Source: Nitrososphaeria archaeon (GTDB lineage Archaea > Thermoproteota > Nitrososphaeria > Nitrososphaerales > Nitrososphaeraceae). Taken from it: a DNA stretch of 46,552 bases. Of the stretch, positions 40,396-46,552 are shown in pieces. The stretch covers positions 1 to 46,552 of the forward strand of contig JAJPIN010000065.1 in the NCBI GenBank assembly GCA_021324715.1. The letters are read 5' to 3'. Within the stretch, counting starts at the first letter, position 1, and each line of letters begins with the position of its first letter. The position numbers and the translations under genes are program-made. The notes under the pieces are model-generated. The model had not been told where the DNA came from and did no database searches. It saw only the letters and a list, made by a program, of their open reading frames with translations.

Positions 40396-41628
40396 ATGAC
40401 CAAGTTAAAAGAGTATCCAATAGATGGTAAATATGGAAAATTCGGTGGGAAATATATTCCAGAGACTTTGATTCCGGCAATTAATGAACTTGAGGTTGCA
40501 TACGAAAAAATAAAAAATACTCTGAATTTTAAAAAGGAACTCAATTATTACCTTCACAATTATGCTGGAAGACCTACTCCACTTTATTTTGCTAAAAATC
40601 TGACTGATTATGTAGGGGGTGCAAAGATTCTTCTTAAAAGAGAAGACCTTTTACATGGTGGAGCACACAAAACTAATAATTGTTTGGGACAGTGTCTGTT
40701 AGCAAAGAAAATGGGTAAAAAAAGAATAATTGCTGAGACTGGTGCGGGTCAACATGGAGTAGGAACTGCAATGGCGGCAGCTGTCCTTGGACTGAAGGCA
40801 GAAATCTACATGGGTTCAATTGATATTGAACGGCAAAAATTAAATTCATTCAGAATGGAGTTGTTGGGAGCAAAAGTACACTCCGTAAATTCTGGAACGA
40901 AAACTTTGAAGGATGCGATTAATGAGGCGTTACGCGATTGGATAACTAATGTAAAAAGTACATACTATCTGATAGGTTCTGTGGTAGGACCTCACCCATA
41001 TCCTATGATCGTAAGGGATTTCCAGAGTGTAATTGGCAAGGAAATCAAATCACAGTTAAAAAAATTTACTACAAGACTTCCAGCTGCTTTAGTCTGTTGT
41101 GTCGGTGGTGGAAGTAACGCTATGGGAACCTTTTACCCTTTTCTGGATGATAATGATGTTTCTTTGTATGGTGTAGAAGCTGGTGGTTTAGGGATTAGAA
41201 CGGGAAAACATTCGGCTACATTGAGCGTAGGATCGGAGGGAATACTACATGGAATGAGGACATATCTCTTACAGGATAAATATGGACAGATAAATGACAC
41301 ACATAGCATCTCTGCAGGATTGGATTATCCGGGCGTTGGTCCTCAACATGTACAGCTAAAAGATATCGGGCGTGCAAAGTATGTTACCTGTGACGATAAT
41401 GAAGCACTGGATGCATTTTTTAAGCTTACAAGATTGGAAGGAATAATACCAGCTTTAGAATCGTGCCATGCAGTTTCATATGCAATGAAGTTGGCAAAGA
41501 AAATGAGAAAAGAACAAAACATTATCGTTACCCTGTCAGGGAGAGGCGATAAAGATATAGATCAAGTAATAAAGTTTAGTAAAAAATACATTAGCGGAGG
41601 TAAAGTAGGTGATTTCTCGACAAAGTAA
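40396..41628 (+). CDS. trpB: tryptophan synthase beta chain (TrpB1)
   Basis: [45 protein letters not shown]. Confidence 0.97.
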   Translation: MTKLKEYPIDGKYGKFGGKYIPETLIPAINELEVAYEKIKNTLNFKKELNYYLHNYAGRPTPLYFAKNLTDYVGGAKILLKREDLLHGGAHKTNNCLGQCLLAKKMGKKRIIAETGAGQHGVGTAMAAAVLGLKAEIYMGSIDIERQKLNSFRMELLGAKVHSVNSGTKTLKDAINEALRDWITNVKSTYYLIGSVVGPHPYPMIVRDFQSVIGKEIKSQLKKFTTRLPAALVCCVGGGSNAMGTFYPFLDDNDVSLYGVEAGGLGIRTGKHSATLSVGSEGILHGMRTYLLQDKYGQINDTHSISAGLDYPGVGPQHVQLKDIGRAKYVTCDDNEALDAFFKLTRLEGIIPALESCHAVSYAMKLAKKMRKEQNIIVTLSGRGDKDIDQVIKFSKKYISGGKVGDFSTK

Positions 41629-42442
41629 CAGAATTGAGAAAAAATTCAATGAATTAAAATTAAAGAAGCAAAAAGGTCTCATATGCTATGTTATGGGTGG
41701 GTATCCCAATCCAACAAGTAGTAAAAAAATAATTACATCACTCATTGAAGGGGGTGCTGACATTATAGAGATTGGTATTCCATTTTCAGATCCAATTGCA
41801 GATGGACCAATAATTCAGGAGGCATCATTCAGGGCATTACAGAATGGAATTACCCCAGATATTTGCTTGAATTTGATAAGGAAAATAAGAAAGACGTATC
41901 CACTTCTACCAATACTTATAATGACATATTCTAATATTTTGCAAAAAAGAGGGTTCAAGGATTTCATGGAGTCAGCGAAGGATGCAGGAACAGATGGCTT
42001 TATTATACCTGATATGACTATTGAAGAATCTAAGGATTATTTATACTATTCAAAAAAACTTGGATTGGCATCTGTCTTTCTCGTTGCACCAAATACGTCG
42101 GATTTTAGAATCAAAAAAACCCTTGAGGTTTCAACAGGTTTTGTCTATTTAGTCTCTGTATTTGGTACCACTGGCATGAGGAATTCTTTTAATAATTACA
42201 CACTCACTGCGATTAAGAAAATTAAAAAATTAAGTTCCAACAATAACAATATTTCTGTGGGTTTTGGAATCAGCACTCCTAATCACGTAAAACTTATGTC
42301 AAATATCGGAGCTGATGCTGTTATTGTTGGAAGTGCTATTATTCAGATGGTCAATAGATATAAAGATAATAATATTGATAATTTGCAAAATAGATTAAAA
42401 AATTATGTTACTTCACTGAAGGTTGCATGTTCTGAGACATAG
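41609..42442 (+). CDS. trpA: tryptophan synthase alpha chain
   Basis: [44 protein letters not shown]. Confidence 0.97.
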   Translation: MISRQSNRIEKKFNELKLKKQKGLICYVMGGYPNPTSSKKIITSLIEGGADIIEIGIPFSDPIADGPIIQEASFRALQNGITPDICLNLIRKIRKTYPLLPILIMTYSNILQKRGFKDFMESAKDAGTDGFIIPDMTIEESKDYLYYSKKLGLASVFLVAPNTSDFRIKKTLEVSTGFVYLVSVFGTTGMRNSFNNYTLTAIKKIKKLSSNNNNISVGFGISTPNHVKLMSNIGADAVIVGSAIIQMVNRYKDNNIDNLQNRLKNYVTSLKVACSET

Positions 42443-42459
42443 GAACAATGACAAAAATT

Positions 42460-42783
42460 CTAACTTGTGATAACCCCACTAAAATCTGTTGAAAAGAACA
42501 TATTGTTTAAACTAACTTGAAATTTCTTACCAAATCTTTCAACAATAATTTCAATATCATCCAAAGAATCAGAAATCTGACTATTTACCAATTTTGTTAT
42601 TACTACGTGCAAGGATTCATGTGATATCAACGCGCTCATAAAAGTCTCAATATTTTCGAAATCGTTTTTCTTATTTTTTGCACCATCCTTGGATTGTACG
42701 ATCAGCATGCTTTTCCCCTCATACGTAAAATATGCTGGTACATTATCCGCAGCACATGAGAAGACAAAATCATTAATCGTCAT
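42460..42783 (-). CDS. hypothetical protein with HExxH motif
   Basis: 107 aa, ISHESLHVV; 23 nt downstream of the metH stop. Confidence 0.7.
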   Translation of the reverse strand: MTINDFVFSCAADNVPAYFTYEGKSMLIVQSKDGAKNKKNDFENIETFMSALISHESLHVVITKLVNSQISDSLDDIEIIVERFGKKFQVSLNNMFFSTDFSGVITS

Positions 42784-42806
42784 TTATCCCATTCCTGTAA
42801 TTTTGC

Positions 42807-45326
42807 CTATAGTATAAAATATTCTGCATCTGGATGATGTACTATTATGGCCGCAGTGGAATATTCGGGTGTTATTTGACCAGCAGATGTGAGATTGATG
42901 TCACAATTAGCAGGATTAATTAATTTCCATACCAAATAATGCTGCATGGTGTCAGGACAACTAGGATATCCCCAGCTATATCTAAGCCCTCTATTTATGT
43001 CGAGCTTCAATTCTTTTCTAATTTTGTTGTGTGTCCATTCAGCAAGAGCTTCCGCAGTTTCCACTCCCAAACCATGAAGATAATAGGCGTCTGTATAGTC
43101 ATTGTTTGAATTTAACTCCTCAATTTTAGAAACTATTTTTTGACCGACTGAGACTACCTGGAAAGCAACAATGTCTTGATATCCAAAGTAATCAGTAATA
43201 CAAAGTCGTTTTGGTTTGGTTGATCTAGGGAACTCAAAAACAACATTACCTTGTTTCTCGGATAAGACAACAAGTTTGTTACCTTGGTTGTAACATTTGA
43301 AATAAGAATAGACAACGGCTGGTGAGAAGAGACCTTCATCAATTACTTTCTTTTTCCAATCTGAGAGTAGTACTTCTGGGTCACTTATCATTTTAGATGC
43401 ATCTTTTCCTCTAATGCCCCATGATAGAACAAAGAGAGACTTTTTATTCAGATACTGCCACACCTCATTAAGGTTAATTTCAGAAGGTGTTAGATATATT
43501 GGAGTATCTATATGGGGCACGCTTGGAGGAGACACGGGTTTTATTTTTTTAGTTATGATATCAATATCCCTTTTTATTTCTATTGTTTTCTTATCCTCTA
43601 ATTTGGTAATCTTGTTATTCCAATCATCGATAAAGCGTTCTCTTTCGGGAGAACTTAATTTGTTCATAACATTTAACCCATCAAATGCTGTTTTACAATA
43701 GAAAACTCCTGCCTTATATACCTCATCTCCCTTAGCAATCCTATTTATGTAATCACTATTTATGGCCGCACCTCCACATAAAGTTGGAATTCTGATATTC
43801 AGTTCCTTTGCTTTTTCTACAAAATACTGCATTTGTTTTGAAGTTGAAACCAATAGTGCAGACAACCCAACCGCATCGGCTTGAACGTCTTTAATTTTAT
43901 CTATAATTTGTTCGATTGGGACCTGTTTGCCAAGGTCATAAACCGTATAGCCATTATTTGATAAAATTGTTTTTACAAGATTCTTGCCTATGTCATGCAC
44001 ATCACCATATACAGTACAGAGAACTAGTTTACCTTTGCTAACACCTTGTTTCTTAATAAGATATTTCTCCAATTCTAATACTGCAGATTTCATACATTCT
44101 GCCGATTTCAGCACAAAAGGTAAAATTAGCTCACCGGATCCGAACTTATCGCCAACTTCTTTCATTGCTGGGAGTAATACCTCATTTAGAGTTTCTACAG
44201 CGGCTTCGTGTGATAATTCAGGATGCATCTTTAGGATTGTCTTCTTTTCAGGATTATGTGGGATTATCTCTAATTTCTTTGCAAGTTTGTTACTAATAGA
44301 CCCAACTACGTCATCTTCAATCCCATCCTTGATGCGATTTACTATGCGATAGTAACAACGTTTGTCAAAATCCCACTCTTTGTTTATTTCTTCTATCTTT
44401 TGTATATTCTTAGTTTTAACATTCTTTTTCTCAAAATAATAAATCAAGTCAGAAAGCGCGTTTGAGTGCCTATTGAATATGAGATCCTCTGCAAGCTTAA
44501 CCTGCTCCTCTTTAATTTCACCTATCGGAATTATGTCTCTCGCATTGATAATTACGGTATCAAGTCCTGATTTTAGTGCATGATGCAAAAATACTGAATT
44601 GATAATTTTTCTGGCACCTGCAGGAAGGCCAAAACTGATATTACTTAGTCCAAGCGTTGTAAAACATCCTTCGATCTCTTTTTTTACTAAGGATATACCT
44701 TTTAGGGTTTCAACCGCAGAATTTGCGTATTCTTGCTCTCCGGTTGCTAATGTGAAAGTAAGTACATCAAATATGTATTGCCATGGTTTTAATCCGTACT
44801 TTTTTCCGGTCTCAAAGAGTAACTTTGCGACTTTTATTTTATCAACTGATGACTTGGCCATCCCATTTGGACCTATACACATTGAAATGGATGGAATTCC
44901 AAATTTTGCCATAATTGGCGCTAGAGAGTGGAAACGCGAGCCATCTCCTTCAAGATTAATTGAATTAATGATAGGCCTTCCTGGAATTTGATATATTGCT
45001 TCGGTAATTACTTTGGGATCAGTAGAGTCAATTACGAGAGGTGCATCTATTTCAAGGCTCAATCTTTTCACCAACTTCTTCATAAATTCAAGTTCGTCAG
45101 ATCTTTCCGTTGTAGCTACACACACATCGATACAATGGGCCCCGTCACCTACTTGTTCCCTACCAAGATCTATAAGACCATCAAAATCGTCCGATAATAC
45201 TAGTCTTTTTGCTCTTTTTGATCCCTGCGTATTAAGACGTTCTCCTATTATTAATGGTGGAGGCTGCTGCAATAGATCTACAGCCTTCAACGCTGAGCTA
45301 ACGCGGGGTATATGTTTCAGATCCAT
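42807..45326 (-). CDS. metH: B12-dependent methionine synthase, pterin-binding + cap + cobalamin-binding + reactivation part
   Basis: IIGER.N..GS, IDST, INSINLE, GLSNISFG, GDVHDIGKN, GLSALL, R.S.GYPSCP, PE.STAA. Confidence 0.93.
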   Translation of the reverse strand: MDLKHIPRVSSALKAVDLLQQPPPLIIGERLNTQGSKRAKRLVLSDDFDGLIDLGREQVGDGAHCIDVCVATTERSDELEFMKKLVKRLSLEIDAPLVIDSTDPKVITEAIYQIPGRPIINSINLEGDGSRFHSLAPIMAKFGIPSISMCIGPNGMAKSSVDKIKVAKLLFETGKKYGLKPWQYIFDVLTFTLATGEQEYANSAVETLKGISLVKKEIEGCFTTLGLSNISFGLPAGARKIINSVFLHHALKSGLDTVIINARDIIPIGEIKEEQVKLAEDLIFNRHSNALSDLIYYFEKKNVKTKNIQKIEEINKEWDFDKRCYYRIVNRIKDGIEDDVVGSISNKLAKKLEIIPHNPEKKTILKMHPELSHEAAVETLNEVLLPAMKEVGDKFGSGELILPFVLKSAECMKSAVLELEKYLIKKQGVSKGKLVLCTVYGDVHDIGKNLVKTILSNNGYTVYDLGKQVPIEQIIDKIKDVQADAVGLSALLVSTSKQMQYFVEKAKELNIRIPTLCGGAAINSDYINRIAKGDEVYKAGVFYCKTAFDGLNVMNKLSSPERERFIDDWNNKITKLEDKKTIEIKRDIDIITKKIKPVSPPSVPHIDTPIYLTPSEINLNEVWQYLNKKSLFVLSWGIRGKDASKMISDPEVLLSDWKKKVIDEGLFSPAVVYSYFKCYNQGNKLVVLSEKQGNVVFEFPRSTKPKRLCITDYFGYQDIVAFQVVSVGQKIVSKIEELNSNNDYTDAYYLHGLGVETAEALAEWTHNKIRKELKLDINRGLRYSWGYPSCPDTMQHYLVWKLINPANCDINLTSAGQITPEYSTAAIIVHHPDAEYFIL

Positions 45327-45360
45327 TTAGTGGTGATATTCTAAATTATTAATTTGAGAA

Positions 45361-46305
45361 TTATAAGTTATACGATTTTAAAGTATTCTTGAGCTCTCTG
45401 ATATGCTCAGGAGTTGTTCCGCAACAACCTCCTATTATTCTGACTCTCTTGTATTTGTTCAAGAACTCTTCAAGTTTATGAGACATATCTTTTGAGGTCA
45501 TCTTATAAACTGCGTTTCCTCCTTCGTTGATTGGCATGCCAGCATTTGGCATGACCAAGATAGGAAGTTCATTTTGTTCGTCTAGCCATCTTATACTTGA
45601 TTCCATTTCATCTGGTCCAGTGGAACAATTTAATCCAAAAACAGAAATACCCATATCGCTTACAGTCGTATATGCTGACTGGACGTTTGTCCCCAGTAAC
45701 ATCTTGCCATATTTGTCCAAAGTTACATTAGATATTATCGGTACCTCTTTCCCAGTTTTTTCCATTGCGTTTAATGATCCTGTAATGGCGAGCTTGACTT
45801 CTAATATATCCTGACTAGTTTCTATGAGCAGAGCATCGACACCTCCTAATATTAGACCTTGGGCCTGCAAATCAAAGGCTTCTGTAATTTTATTTAAGGT
45901 GATATTACCCAAATCAGGATCGTTTGAACTAGGCAGATATCCTGTAGGGCCCATTGACCCAACCACGTATTTTTTTTCATTTGAAAATTTCTTAACTATT
46001 CCCTTTGCAAGTTCTGCTGCTGTTCGATTTATTGATATTGTTTCTTCACCAAATCCATATTCTTGGAGTTTTATTTGGTTACTTCCAAAGGTATTTGTTT
46101 CGATACAATCTGATCCGGCTTGTAAATAACTCAAATGTATACTTTCAATCCATTCAGGCCTAGATAAAACAAGTCCATCGTTGAATCCGTCTTTATTATT
46201 TGGAAAATCTTCTGGTTTAGGTTTGAGTTTCTGGATTTCTGTTCCCATAGCCCCATCAAAAAGTACTATCCGTTCTTCAACTTCTTCAAGAAATAGCTTA
46301 GTCAT
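45361..46305 (-). CDS. metH: methionine synthase homocysteine-binding domain (split MetH N-part)
   Basis: FDGAMGT, ETNTFG, GSMGP, GLNCSTG, PNAGMP, GGCCGTTPEHI. Confidence 0.92.
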   Translation of the reverse strand: MTKLFLEEVEERIVLFDGAMGTEIQKLKPKPEDFPNNKDGFNDGLVLSRPEWIESIHLSYLQAGSDCIETNTFGSNQIKLQEYGFGEETISINRTAAELAKGIVKKFSNEKKYVVGSMGPTGYLPSSNDPDLGNITLNKITEAFDLQAQGLILGGVDALLIETSQDILEVKLAITGSLNAMEKTGKEVPIISNVTLDKYGKMLLGTNVQSAYTTVSDMGISVFGLNCSTGPDEMESSIRWLDEQNELPILVMPNAGMPINEGGNAVYKMTSKDMSHKLEEFLNKYKRVRIIGGCCGTTPEHIRELKNTLKSYNL

Positions 46306-46477
46306 ATTAGATCGATTTACTAAAGATAATCAATTCTATCTACTTATATTGTTTAAGAAGGTGAAAGTGTGTGTATGTTACATTTCGTTTCAATTTAAAC
46401 TGTGAATTAAATCTAAATCTAAAATGACCAGAATTCACCCAACTAGTTCATATAAGGATTTAATATTAGAACAATTT

Positions 46478-46552
46478 GGACCCATAGTTCAGTTTGGATA
46501 GAATGGCTGCCTGCGGAGTAGTTGGTCGAGGGTTCAAATCCCTCTGGGCCCG
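46478..46552 (+). tRNA. tRNA-Arg(GCG)
   Basis: Cloverleaf: GGACCCA/TGGGCCC acceptor, anticodon loop CT-GCG-GA, T arm GAGGG-TTCAAAT-CCCTC, G73, no encoded CCA within the window. Confidence 0.92.

Noticed and set aside
45327-45360. Frameshift or pseudogenisation of metH
   Set aside because: Both halves have clean starts and stops at a domain boundary with intact motifs
1-46552. CRISPR array, transposase, integrase or viral genes
   Set aside because: No regularly spaced 24-40 bp repeats and no ORF with such motifs seen

Overview
A 46.5 kb low-GC segment of an ammonia-oxidising archaeon (Nitrososphaerota, most likely Nitrososphaerales). This assignment rests on archaeal amoC, PolB1, Cdc6/Orc1, S26e, aIF2-beta, Zn-ferredoxin and BHB-intron tRNA. 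Most of the window is core genome: amoC, tmk-HD-pyrH, tatC, polB, agmatinase, thrS, hisG-D-C-HAD-B-H-A-F, hmgA, tRNA-Ser(TGA) with two introns, pyrG, cdc6, trpCBA, split metH and tRNA-Arg(GCG) at the right edge. The less ordinary parts are four. (1) A four-gene polysaccharide module between thrS and hisF: a hyaluronan-synthase-like GT2 divergent from a short nucleotide-sugar dehydrogenase that appears to start at ACG, a secreted GH5 and a GT-C transferase. (2) A Fur-box-like 3 x TGATAATC array between amoC and a secreted protein gene. (3) The cdc6-trpC interval, with micro-proteins, palindromes and a candidate three-hairpin small RNA with CCCUC (anti-SD-like) loops. (4) The double-intron tRNA-Ser. 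No CRISPR, transposase, integrase or intein was seen. All calls are by eye from motifs; no database search was run.
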